64,000 bases of DNA, from the IMG/VR virus record IMGVR_UViG_3300050343_000214, positions 32,001 through 96,000 of that record, one strand, 5' to 3'. Below, piece by piece: positions 12,801 to 23,698 of this stretch. The translations under genes and the position numbers were made by a program. The stretch's first letter is position 1, and every line of letters starts with the position of its first letter. Below the pieces are notes generated by a model. It ran no database searches and was not told where the DNA came from. It saw nothing but the letters and a program-made list of their open reading frames with translations. This DNA comes from a virus.

Positions 12801-13794
12801 TTTCCAAATAATAGACAGCGATAGCTCTTTTGACGTTGGTTATAGTAGCGGCGCTAGTGGTGGATCTAATGCCTTCATTACTGATTTGGCGATATCTGCT
12901 CCAAACCTATATACCGACCCAATGATGTTGTCAATGAATGTTTCTGATTTCTTAGATTCAATTCATACTAAGTATTGGGATGATGGAGAGGCTGCTGCTA
13001 ATGACACTAGAGAAATAAGCAGATTCATTGATAAAAATACAGACGAGTGGCACTTAGGAGGATTTTCAGTCTGTGCTTTTGATAAATCTTTCGATAGATT
13101 TACAGAGCGCTTTGGTAAAGATTTTATTACTCACAGGGTTAAGAATGACGGTCAGGCTTACAGCACTCACGTAGATTCTAGCATATCTTCTGACGTAGAT
13201 AGCGACACATCGTATCACACTCAAATAGAAAATGATTTCCTTAGAGTTAATCTAAAAAGCACAGAAGATTCGTTTAGCGATGAAGATGTCTTTTATTCAT
13301 TAGCTCCCAGAATTACCAAGCAGCTGCCTAGAGGTTATAAGTTTTTTAAAGACTCAGTATCGGTAGACACTATAATAGAGCATATTACATATGATGATAT
13401 AGTATGGAATGATGATAGCATAGGACCAAAACTAATTGTTAGTTTATATACGACGAATAAGGACAATACATTGAGATCTGAAAATAATATTGGATTAATA
13501 AACAGGTCAGTGCATTATATTCCACCTTCCTCGTGTATCCACAAGATAACCAGCGACTTTGCGTTTGAAGACTTAATTAATACTGATAGCGAGGCTTGGT
13601 GTGATTTCGATCAGTCCTTAAACAAGACTGAGTTCACACATAAGTTTTTCGCAGAGGACATGCAAGAAATGTTTTTGCAGTACGATATAGCTTATCCTTC
13701 TGGAGTAGCTTATGACTCTACTGTTAATATTTATGGCTCTAGAGTAAAGTTTGAAGAACCTTTCCACAAGGCTAGGACTATAACTAATTTATAG
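9859..13794 (+). CDS. Large tail-associated protein with a LamG/concanavalin-like domain
   Basis: 1311 aa, follows the tape measure; LamG-like segment FVRFSP...VLFSK...FSLGYNNG...MTLYTD...ITDLAIS. Confidence 0.6.
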   Translation: MTNFSFNCVFQDHSLIRNKSSASVRATTKCVNAARTKLVSSASVRTIAGKKVPVSARIKKSLKLNAALQTQVVAVSSKISIKSNVRSSLVNTSGLSVGCRISCQSSFKNTYVDKIGGDLSQINAIQGFTGNQKLYPKSDITISVNNNTFVDQFGSTSNLFDKINDGIFTGNYQENFNSSSRMVDSTTFIEPSSILTDGTFKYVCEVDAPTTTPKQSFLFVRAAAPMRNYASSMPPSYKLYNVSFLDPNGDTIVQYDDILIRGDSNYNDNKDDNFVTYISGPLVNNIEKPEWHTGYPLFGQTSGYKLSFDLDIICSDIGFSDKFNQGYLTESCVLPSSIHSGNDHLAIDGSPLSTSSQGFINPTDNVRISAIEIVNSGTPFGFSVANAVNAFVKTDEKGLRIDREILPSEIQLSTFDTTIHPQSFSIWESDDASLDNTSSSGCQEITKILRKNNDENYINLSSSTVADSGKLIVKFSHEPPLPTNRFVAGAFDINFMQPEKEFDYAEYKKVHASDSMFVVDEVFLKVIAKKGASAPDYTLDVVGYSFDHLLFNTPKVGGFLQNTEGAGTIPSAIQTVGVNDLGVATEPLSNKQGFALKPLTPSDGGDHYIVATAPVVNSTTFEEYIVPLKVYRQGDVGIHPNYNVSTFFENLFLDICPLPVDATIASVRLLVKHKPSNAMTLYTLGHKDSVDLGREDTFMSPSEKKSVDTPTSFGNYNHPLSTIENIPAGYSSDDSMKSNYSRRWRGVDGLVAVGPFDFSEFGFGFYNPQLKAPFLGGYFSFNNDSGNDIISDDLYELPGITGEYIGNYNKLQNTGLRFKNDQLFTGSTSHTTIDWTSITANQADPLSGQIADAFDNTVRVSGVNGYISFDDFDVTSGVIAFVRFSPDENMSFNSSVLFSKYNSGKDLEFSLGYNNGYLTAQATDDQGNLITIQDSLLYTNYSYPLSVVLAYNNTSDGVMTLYTDNEIDSTGFNRLRATSSTFQIIDSDSSFDVGYSSGASGGSNAFITDLAISAPNLYTDPMMLSMNVSDFLDSIHTKYWDDGEAAANDTREISRFIDKNTDEWHLGGFSVCAFDKSFDRFTERFGKDFITHRVKNDGQAYSTHVDSSISSDVDSDTSYHTQIENDFLRVNLKSTEDSFSDEDVFYSLAPRITKQLPRGYKFFKDSVSVDTIIEHITYDDIVWNDDSIGPKLIVSLYTTNKDNTLRSENNIGLINRSVHYIPPSSCIHKITSDFAFEDLINTDSEAWCDFDQSLNKTEFTHKFFAEDMQEMFLQYDIAYPSGVAYDSTVNIYGSRVKFEEPFHKARTITNL

Positions 13795-13802
13795 AGGATA
13801 TT

Positions 13803-16800
13803 ATGTCTGGATTTAATTTATATATTGAAGGTGAAAAAATACAATATGGTTCAATGCCTATCTACGTGGGAGGTCAAGAATCTTCTCATAGTAGCCTAAA
13901 TCTATTTCATCAAAGCATAATTAAGTATCCTACCTCTGGAGAGTTAAATCTTTTTTGCTCACAATTGACCTGCACTCAGGTGGGAAATGATCTTGTCTGC
14001 CCTATTGAAGACAGTTTTATTCTGCACACCCTAAGAACTGAATCTCTAATAGACGGTGGTTCTTCTGAGGACGATTTAGAATTTTCTCTTTATGTTCGTG
14101 GCAGACAACGCTTCTTTGGAGAGCCTACCACTGGCGGTGGCTCTAGCGGTTCTGATAGTTCTACTCAGCGTGGCGATGTCAATACAATGCCCCTGTATCT
14201 TGAAACTTCCAACGGTTTAGATAATGGAACTTTAAATCTATATACATCTGGACTGAATTCTATACAGGACACCAACAACAATCTATCTCTTTTTACTTTT
14301 TCTGAAACTGTAGGATTACCAACTCAGACTAATGCGTCTGCCCCACTGCATGTGTTTGGATTTATTGATGAAAATGACGACAAAGCTATAATGCCATTGG
14401 TTCTTTTCGGCAAAACTATAAGCTCAACCTTAAATCAAGAAACAATTAATGCTAGTTTTTCACTATTCGTTTCTAAAAATTCTAACTTTACTTGGAACGC
14501 TTCTGCGTTTGGCGTTAGTACAGAGGTAGACGACGAGCCATTTATTAGTGTTGATCCTACTGACGCAATCCGTGGCGTTGAATTAATTTGTTATGGAGAT
14601 TGTATAACGGGCACTTGCGAAGAATTAGTTTTACGATCCCATGATACTGATTGGTTTTCTGTAGATTGTTTAGACGGTGGCATATTCAGAGCTGAGAATA
14701 CATACACAGATTTAAATAATAATGCGTTTGGATCTAGCGTTCCTTATAGTGGTCATTTTTACGGAGCGAGAAAGTTTACTGGATTGGAGCCTTTCACTCC
14801 TTATTCTGTTAACATCAAGGGTTCGTCAGGTTCTAGCGTTAGAATACCAGCACCTAAAGAGTTAAATAATTGGGAATTTACATCCAACAGAGAAGATGGA
14901 GATAATGATTCTTTACCATTATTCTCTGGACTTAAACTTATAGGGGATGCACCATACGCATCTGGCGGCAGAAACCAAGGCGATAAGTATGGCAGCTCTG
15001 TTTCTATGACTCAAGATCTTTTAGCCGTTGGCTCTCCAAACTTTGATATAGATGAATGTTGCTGGTGTCTTAGAAGATGATAACGATATAACTCTGAATA
15101 ATGCTGGTACTGTATTCTTATATAGGAGAGGGCGCAGAGCCAGTGTCTGACGCCGAAATTGTATCTGACAAGGCTGGCTGGGATTTAGAAGCGCAATTAT
15201 TCTTGCCTTCAGGTATACTAAGAGATTATTATAAAGAGACGATCCTTCCGCTTGCTGGTACAGATGCTACTGTAACAGAAAGAAAGTGGTATCTTGGTCA
15301 AGAAGGTAGGAACTTTGGTCAAAGCTTGGCGACTTGTATAATTGATCAAGTGGATTTAGCCTCTGGTGAGAAAGCCTCTGTTCGAGGATGATAAACAATT
15401 GAGTTGTTGTTGGCGCGCCTAACGCAAGTTGGACAAGAACATTTGCTGCTCCAGCGCAAGCTGAACACGATATCTTATTAATGGTATTTACGGATGAATT
15501 TTCTCCAAGTGTTGGCAGGCAAACTTACAATGATATTCTAAATGACATCAAGCAAAATAACTTGTTGTACAAATATTATTCTAAACCAGCCATTGATATA
15601 ACTATTAAAGTTATAATATTCCAACCTATGGATTTTACTTTGCAACCAGACATAGATTTTCCAGAACCCACACCTACATTTATCTTGAAGAAGTCTATAC
15701 TCTAGACACACTAACGATGTTAATGGAACTTCTGAATTTCAGAACCGAGACGATAATATATTGCAGCAGATAAAAGACGCTTACTTTGAAATGTATCCTA
15801 CTCAGCGATCCCAAGCAACCCTCTATACTTGGAGTCTATGTAGATGATAGTAGATCTCTAGGCACTACAGCTATGGAGCCTGCTCTCTCTAGATTCAAGT
15901 CTTTCTACCAAGACAGAGTATTTAACAATGGATTGCAAGATGTTTTCAATACGCCCTTCTTCTGGAGCCGTGCTTGAGACTGTTACCGACGACGAAAACT
16001 GGATTCAACAGAGTAGGTCTTTGCTTGACTTTACATTAGATAGCGGTAGATTGATCACGAAAGAGTTTTTGAGTTTACTAACTGACCCAGAAGAGTTTGG
16101 CTCCTTCAATACCGACTCTAGAAGAGTTCAACGAAGCCCCTGCTAGCGGTGGAACCGTTTACGTTTTTGAAAAAGAAAGCGGCGCATGGAATCTTATACA
16201 AGAGCTAGCATCTCCTACCACAGAAATTGATGTAGACGTAGACAGGTTTGGAAAAGCTGTAGAGATAAGTAAAAATGGTGAGGTCATAATAGTAGGTTCT
16301 CCTTACATGGATGAAGCTCTCACTGTTTACGAGTACGATTACGACGAAAAAGAACGTCTTTATAGCAATGTTGAAAAATGGGTAGATTATCATATAGCTG
16401 AGTCTACAGATCAAAATGTATATCCTAATCTTAAATTTAATATTGATGAGCTTAGGAAAATATTTGATGACGATGAAGATGTTTTTAGATCTATTTATGC
16501 TGTATTGAATCCAGATCAAAAATATAGATACCGTACAGACGCTGCTTATTGGGGAGCGCAAGGTGTCATAGAAGAATACAAAAAAATATATGAATACAAA
16601 TATAGTGACATTGAATACAAGGGCAGTTATACAAAGTTGTTAGAAAGATTTGCTCCTACTTCCCGAATGGGATACAGCGTAGCTGTCAATGCTTCTGGAA
16701 CTTCTCTTGCTATTGGTTGTCCTACTGACAGTCTTGATCAATCTGATGATTCTAACTTATACTATCATCCTACTAATTCTGGTCAGATATTATGGCCCTC

Positions 16801-19800
16801 ACACACCAACGCTGGCTCTGTGCGCGTTTTTGATGCAAGAAAGTATTATCCTCATAGCAAAATTGTAGAATATGGAAAGTTTGGAAACAAAACTAAATCG
16901 TTTATAGACGAAGGCTCTGAAAGTCAATTTGCTCATTACTCTGGAGTGTATGATGGTATAGACAAGACTTTCCACATTACTGACTTCAATGATTTTGACA
17001 TACCTGAAGACGCTGGTATTGTTTTTATAATCTGTCCAGAAGTTAATTTTGCTAACGATGCAGTCATTGGAAGACTACAAGCTTGGCTAGACTTGGGTGA
17101 TAGAAACTTAGTTCTAGTTGGAAACAATTCTACATTCGAGGAGAATTCAGCATTTTATGAATCCAACGAAATTGTAAATGATATTCTTGCTAAGTTGGAT
17201 TCTGCAATGACTCTTAAGCCAACCATAGGCATGAAGAGATCTCTACTTGGTGATAACGCTTGTCAGGATGTCCCCAATATACTGCCAGTTTCCCCGCCGG
17301 ATAATTCTATAGAATCTTATATAGATAATTCTAGCAACTTACATGCTAGAGGTGTGTCTCATATTGCAATGAAGACCCCCAACGTTCCTAACAAAAGCTC
17401 TTACTTTATTAATGTGAATCAGATTATGTATGAAAATTATACATGTGATTCTGACTACACTCAATATAATAATTATTGCTCCCCACCCTTGCAAGACGGT
17501 GCTGATCTTAGGTCTTCTTGGAGAACTAGTGCGGGAGTCAGGAATTGGCCTAATATCTTTGATGATGTTTTTGAAGGTAGCCGACAACCACCTGTTCCGC
17601 TATATACTTCAGCAGAAGTCAGAGAGCCGTTTACTTTAAACATACCAGAAGTTCCTGCTAGGTCCGGCATCTTCTTAGAGTTTGATTTAGTTCAATCAGA
17701 TGCCTCTCCAGCGTTTGGTGATATCATAGACAGTAACATCAAAGACTTTGCTTGGTCTAGCACTGAAACTGATTATACATATCTTAATACTAATTATGGT
17801 AATAATACTAATCCAAACAGATTTTTTGATCCACAGTCAAAAGTTTTTACTGACCCATTAATACAGTCTGAGGGTTCTAACGGCGTAGAAAACATTAAGA
17901 CTGAAGCGGAAGTTTCAGACAAGGCTTATTTCTCAGCTGAAGAAAGACTTCCCAACAATTTCTCTAAAGTCTATTTAATATCTTCATTGAGGACAGAGCT
18001 TTTAGATAAACTTTATTCTGGAGGAGATAGGAATATCAATTTCTATTTTAATATTGCTGCCAAAAATAGGTTTGGTGGATCACACATAGCGCAGCTCAAC
18101 GCTTTCTCTGGAAGGTCAAATTTCACAGATGCTATTTCAGGCTCTGCGCTAGAGCTAGTGTTTACAAATAATGGTAATACCGTAGATACTAATGTTAATA
18201 TATCACAGCTTGTCAATGGCAATTCTCAAGGTAAGACATATGATGTGTGTTGGGTAGCAAATCCTCTTAACAGCCCTTCTGATTCCGAAGTACGTGAAAT
18301 TAAATTGTGGATGAGTAATGGCAAGAAAAAACTTGTTGTTACTTATGACAACCCCGAATCTGCTCAAGCTGCTAAGGATTTATGCGAGGCTCTAGAATTG
18401 TCAATGGCCCCCTTGTATTTACCCCAAAGAAAAAAGTTTGCTAATAACAAAAACGATACACCTAAGAGCAGTAGGTTTTATTCTTTCAATAACTCCTCTA
18501 GATTTGTTGGTATTAACGATAATAATAGAGCAATTAGATTTGGATTCGACGCAGAAAGAGATAGCATATCGACGCTAACTTTAGATATATCTAGAGATAC
18601 TTTTATACCTATATCTTTGGGTAGAGCTACCGCCATAGCGCAGGTTAATCATGGGATAAGTGATGATAAATACATAGATGTGGGTTTCAGCTTCATGAAA
18701 ACTGGAATCTGTAAAGTTGATTTTGCCGTTCAGCCAAATACCGCTTACAGGATTTCTTTTGAAACTATAGCATTTTCTAAACTAGAAACAGAGCCTTTAA
18801 ATGTATACATAACCAATTGCAATGGAACGCCCACCTTTGAATCCGCTGATACGCCTCCCACGCAGGATATTATAAACTGGGACAATGACAATAATAATGT
18901 TTCTGTATTCACAGCGCCAGTTGGTATTATTGGTTCTTTGGGTAGTCATACTTCTTTTAGAAAAATTCACGAATTCAATATTAAGACTTTGAGTAATGTA
19001 GATAGCATTTCTGTATTTATAGAGGGTAACAATCCTAGAACTAGCAACACATCAATTCTTCCCAGCACTCTGGCCTTGAATAGTATATCTGGTCATGAAA
19101 TTTCGATAGAAGAACGTCCAGTATTCAAGAAGGTAGCTAGATATGAGACTAGACTTATCAGACCGGCAGAGCCAGCTAGAACAACCACTGTTACATTTGA
19201 TGAACCTATTCCGTTTACGTCTGATAGTTCTAATAATTGTCCTACTGCTGACTGCTCTGATGTGTTTAAAAATACTGAGATAGAAGATGGCGCCGTAGTA
19301 GTGGCTCAGGAAATTTATTATGCTGGTGATCATAGCAAGGGTATAAATAGATCTAGGATAACTGTCATTGCTGACGCAGACATGATTCAAGGTAATTGTA
19401 TATTTGATGACGATGGTTCTATTAAGCCTGAACATAAAGACTTCCTGCAAAGCCTGTATCCAGACACTATATTCCCAACCAATCTAAATGCAAGAATTTT
19501 TGATGTCAATAAAAAAATCATATCAGACGAACGAGGCAGTCCTGCTAGGTACTATCACGGTTTTGGTAAAGATGGTTTAATTGGTCGTTTCATTCCAGAG
19601 CAAGGAACTCCTTCTTCTGGATTATTGATGCAAGACTTTAGAGATGTCTCTGATACCGCTATCGAGCGACCAGTATTAGATGATACAAATCAAACTTCTG
19701 TATTCTCAGCTTTCATAGATAGCCAATCTCACTTCGGTGTTAATTCTAAATTTTCTCAAAATTTCAGTGGCGTATCTTACTCCGATGCTAATGTTTTAGG

Positions 19801-21286
19801 TGGACTGCCTGACGTTTTAAGAGACCACAATGTAGACTTTTTAGATTTTAGAGCATTTCCTTCAGGCTATCCGGGCGATTTATTTGGATTTGATATAGCC
19901 TATTATAACGGTCACTTGGTAATTGGTTCTCCTTATGCTGCATATGAGCGAACATACATTACTCCTTGGTCTGAAGTTTCTGGTAACACCCCTCAGTTTT
20001 CTCATCCTAGCGGAATAGTTGTTAGTAATTATGGTGGCGCTGGTTCTGTATATGTTTATAATCAGTCTAGCAATGGCGATTGGGATTTAAAACAAAAATT
20101 AAGGCCAGATGGTATTAATGTGGGTCAAGATCTTAGCACTCAAGCAGAGTCTATCCTGACGGCAGCTTTAGGTGCTAACAATTACGATTTAGATTTCCTT
20201 CTTGAGTATTCTCCTATTACTGACAAATTTGGATACTCCGTAGATATTCACGGTGACGTTATAGCCGTTGGCGCTCCGGGTCATGATTATCCAGTTGAAG
20301 TGGACGTAACGGTTCAAGGAGCTTTTGAAACAAGAAGTTTTAATTTTGAATTTGATATTGAAACTAGAATCAGTAAAGACTTGGGAGACGAAGAAGTTAG
20401 ATTGGTTTTAGGTGTCGCCAGCGGCGTGCTGAATAACGGAGCTATATTTACTTTTGAGAACAGGTTTGGGGACAAGATATCTGGTTTCAGGAATTGGGAA
20501 TTTGTAGAAAAATTAATGCCTCAAGGTTACAACTCTAGAGTGCAAGAACAAGTGGCTGCCTCTGGTACAGAAAATGAAAACTTTGGCGAATCTCTTGCTA
20601 TATACAGACCAAAAAGAAGAGACGCTGATTATACTGTAGCTATTGGCACTCCTTATCACAAGTTTGCGACTAGTGGAAATCATATTTCGCCAGAGCCTCT
20701 AGAAGATGCTGGAGCAGTCACCACCTTTGATGCTATGCTGAGAACTAATAATGCATTTAGTGCGGCTTCTGGGTCTGGCGCTTTTATAGATGCTTTTGTG
20801 TACGGGATAGCTAGAAACCAATACAGCGTAAATCTATACATAGACAATACTGATTTAGATAGAGACTACTATGCTAACGGCGTAGTATATGCTAATAATG
20901 AAGGAGAAATATTTATAGAAGCTTCTGGTCAAGATCTTAACGCAAATGGCTTCACAGTGCATAGACCTTACATTCAATCAGTTTTAGGTGGAATTTCTCG
21001 TCCAACCTCGTCTTCTATTAATGATAATTTCTCGCTATACACCTCCGCTATTACTGACTCAACTCGGGCAGAAATGCCACTATATTGCTTACCCTCAAAT
21101 AAAGCAAATGTGTATAATAGTGTGGGAATGTTTGTAGATTCTATCGACTTGGCTGGCTCTAACATTATGCCACTATTTGTAACTGCGGGATCAGGAACTC
21201 CTATATCTGACGATGATTTTAACTTGTTTGTTAGCGGCGTTGGTAATCCTGACGACAACATTCACCTTATTACTTTTGGATTTTAA
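13803..21286 (+). CDS. Giant FG-GAP (integrin-alpha-like propeller) tail/adhesin protein, ~2490 codons, with indels at 15.0-16.1 kb
   Basis: FG-GAP-like motifs DKYGSSV..LAVGSP, DRFGKAV..IVGSP, GYSVAV..IGCP, DLFGFDI..IGSP, DKFGYSV..VGAPG, ENFGESL..IGTP; six ORF fragments join. Confidence 0.75.
21109..21123 (+). promoter_or_regulatory. Putative internal promoter TGTGTATAATAGTGT
   Basis: Exact match to 2828-2842; ~165 bp upstream of the 21289 gene. Confidence 0.45.
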
Positions 21287-21288
21287 TT

Positions 21289-22866
21289 ATGTCAACACTA
21301 GTCACAGTTACCTCTACTTCACCCACAACTCCCGCTTATAGAATTAAAGATGTGTCTGGCGTCCTAAAGTATCTTGAGCCAGAACCTTTAATATCTTTTT
21401 CCAGTTCTCCTGTGCAGCAGGGAAGCCATTCGTTGGGGTATGAACACAATGTTACTTTGACTTGCTATGCTCACACAACTGGAAATGCTACTGAAAGAGC
21501 TAATACGCTTCTAAATAATATAGCTTCTTTAGATAATTTTTTCACTACAGAAGCAAAAGAATTTCAAATCATGGGCGCTGCCAATGCAACCCATCCAGCT
21601 TACACTTGGAACATCTTGAACCCTACTGTTTCTACAGAGGAGTCCAATTTCTACAATTTAGTTAAGTATACTATTAATTTTACTGGCTACACACCAGAGA
21701 GCGGTGGCTCAGTATCTGGAACAATCAGTCATAAAGATGATGACCAAGTAATTGATACCAACTTTACTAGCATTCCATTGGCATCTTTTTCTGACACTTT
21801 CGATTACCAACCAGACGATTCTCTAGGTTATGCTTTCGATGATCCTACTGCAAAGCCTTATAGGTTTACTAGAACTGTCTCGGCTACCGCCAGACCAGTA
21901 AGCAACGCTTCCCTCCATCGAGATAGCGTTTTTCAAGCCAGCGCTGTTAGCGGAGCAAAAACTTTTGTGGAGGCTAGATTGGCTTATGACGGCACAGACA
22001 TCGGTGCGCACCAAGTATCTGACACGTTTAGGTATGGTGAAGGAATTAGTCTGTTTAATCTACAAAGGTCTGTTAATATTGATATGGCTAATTTGTCATA
22101 CAGCGTTACTATTAATGGTATTTATGCAAGTGGTAGTGCGGGATCAGTTACAGAGCAAGGAGCTTTTGAAACATACAGCACAACAGTATCTAAAGAGGCA
22201 AACACTCCTATTGTTAGCGTAACTGTAGATGGGAAGTTGATGGGCTATCAAGCTAACACTCAAAATACTAATCTAAACACAGTTAATGCTGGTGCAACTG
22301 CTGGAGCTATGGCTAAATTATCTCATATATCAAATGGTAATTATGGTTATGGATCAATTATTTTTAGACGCGCACAGTTCGCCGCTGGAGTACCACTAAA
22401 TTCTAGCCCCAAGTCTGTAAGCATTGCTGACAGCACCATCGCTGATAATTCAATTAGTTATAATGTTAGTTACGACAATAGACCGTCTCCTATTATAAGC
22501 GGAGCAATAACAGAATCAGTTACCGTAAATGATAGTTATCCAACCGATGTGTACGCTTCTATTCAAGTTATGGGTAAGCGCAGCGGACCAGTGTTTCAGT
22601 ATATGAACACCACTACTCATTATGAAAGAGATGTTTCAATAGAACTACAAATGGATTTAAATAATATACCAAATACTTTAAATGGAGCTGCGTTAATGGG
22701 ATACAGCCCTTCTTTGGACAGCAATACTAGAGATGCAGTCAACGGCTTAATAAATAGCCTGTCTCCAGCTGGAAGTTGGGGCTATGTCATGCTAAAAAGT
22801 TGTAATGAAAGTTGGTCTCCAAAAGATGGAAGATACACGGCTAATATAGGATGGATCTATAAATGA
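21289..22866 (+). CDS. Tail structural protein (distal tail/baseplate-like)
   Basis: 525-aa beta-rich ORF within the tail module. Confidence 0.5.
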   Translation: MSTLVTVTSTSPTTPAYRIKDVSGVLKYLEPEPLISFSSSPVQQGSHSLGYEHNVTLTCYAHTTGNATERANTLLNNIASLDNFFTTEAKEFQIMGAANATHPAYTWNILNPTVSTEESNFYNLVKYTINFTGYTPESGGSVSGTISHKDDDQVIDTNFTSIPLASFSDTFDYQPDDSLGYAFDDPTAKPYRFTRTVSATARPVSNASLHRDSVFQASAVSGAKTFVEARLAYDGTDIGAHQVSDTFRYGEGISLFNLQRSVNIDMANLSYSVTINGIYASGSAGSVTEQGAFETYSTTVSKEANTPIVSVTVDGKLMGYQANTQNTNLNTVNAGATAGAMAKLSHISNGNYGYGSIIFRRAQFAAGVPLNSSPKSVSIADSTIADNSISYNVSYDNRPSPIISGAITESVTVNDSYPTDVYASIQVMGKRSGPVFQYMNTTTHYERDVSIELQMDLNNIPNTLNGAALMGYSPSLDSNTRDAVNGLINSLSPAGSWGYVMLKSCNESWSPKDGRYTANIGWIYK

Positions 22867-23678
22867 GTACAACCACTGTTGACCCAGCTGTTGCTGTTTT
22901 AAAATACAATGCAGCGAGGTATCCAGAAGAATTTGATAGCGCCATAGAAGGTGTGTCATGGAATACTTACAATGAATTGTCTATGGCTGAGATAGACTTA
23001 GATTTTCTTTCTAATAAAACACAAGTCGCACAGAATAATTTAGAAGCCACAATACTCAATGATGGAACAAACACGTATTTTGATACTTTTTCTTCCGATT
23101 TTTCTTATGATAATGTTTTATATAGCGGAGTAAAGAGAGCCACAGGAACTCAAACTGGCGGGTTCGTAGAGGTTGATCAGTCAGAAGTAGAGTCTAAGTT
23201 TGAGCATAGGTTTATGCCTAATTATGATAGTGACAGCGACTTGACATATACAGGCGTCGATGACGATGGGAATACTCAGACTTTTAACTTTCGTGGAAAA
23301 TTTGGTGATCAGGCTTCTTTTGAGAGTAATCAATCTAATGCTTCTGGCGTCATTGAATTTAAAACATTTAAGTTTAAAGACGGAATTGTTGAAGCTGCCG
23401 TCAAAGAGGTAGATTTAGAACACATGGGGCTAAGTGGTATTGTTACAACAGACACTTTTACCAGCTTAGACAATGATGAGAGAAATCCTAACTTTACTAG
23501 TTTTGAGCCAGACGGGAGTAAGGCTGCTGGAGGTATTTTTTTTGAGCCAGATGGTAAGGGTGGTGGAGTAGACACTGGTGAACCAACTGACGATTTTACA
23601 GAGCCTGACGAGGCACAGGAAGAGGAAGAGGAAGATGATACCACTCCAACAGCTACCACCACATCTGCCCCAACTTAA
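22863..23678 (+). CDS. Acidic hypothetical virion protein ending TTPTATTTSAPT
   Basis: Intact ORF with ATGA overlap; lies in the tail module. Confidence 0.55.
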   Translation: MSTTTVDPAVAVLKYNAARYPEEFDSAIEGVSWNTYNELSMAEIDLDFLSNKTQVAQNNLEATILNDGTNTYFDTFSSDFSYDNVLYSGVKRATGTQTGGFVEVDQSEVESKFEHRFMPNYDSDSDLTYTGVDDDGNTQTFNFRGKFGDQASFESNQSNASGVIEFKTFKFKDGIVEAAVKEVDLEHMGLSGIVTTDTFTSLDNDERNPNFTSFEPDGSKAAGGIFFEPDGKGGGVDTGEPTDDFTEPDEAQEEEEEDDTTPTATTTSAPT

Positions 23679-23698
23679 TATTATAAAAGGACTGTCAA

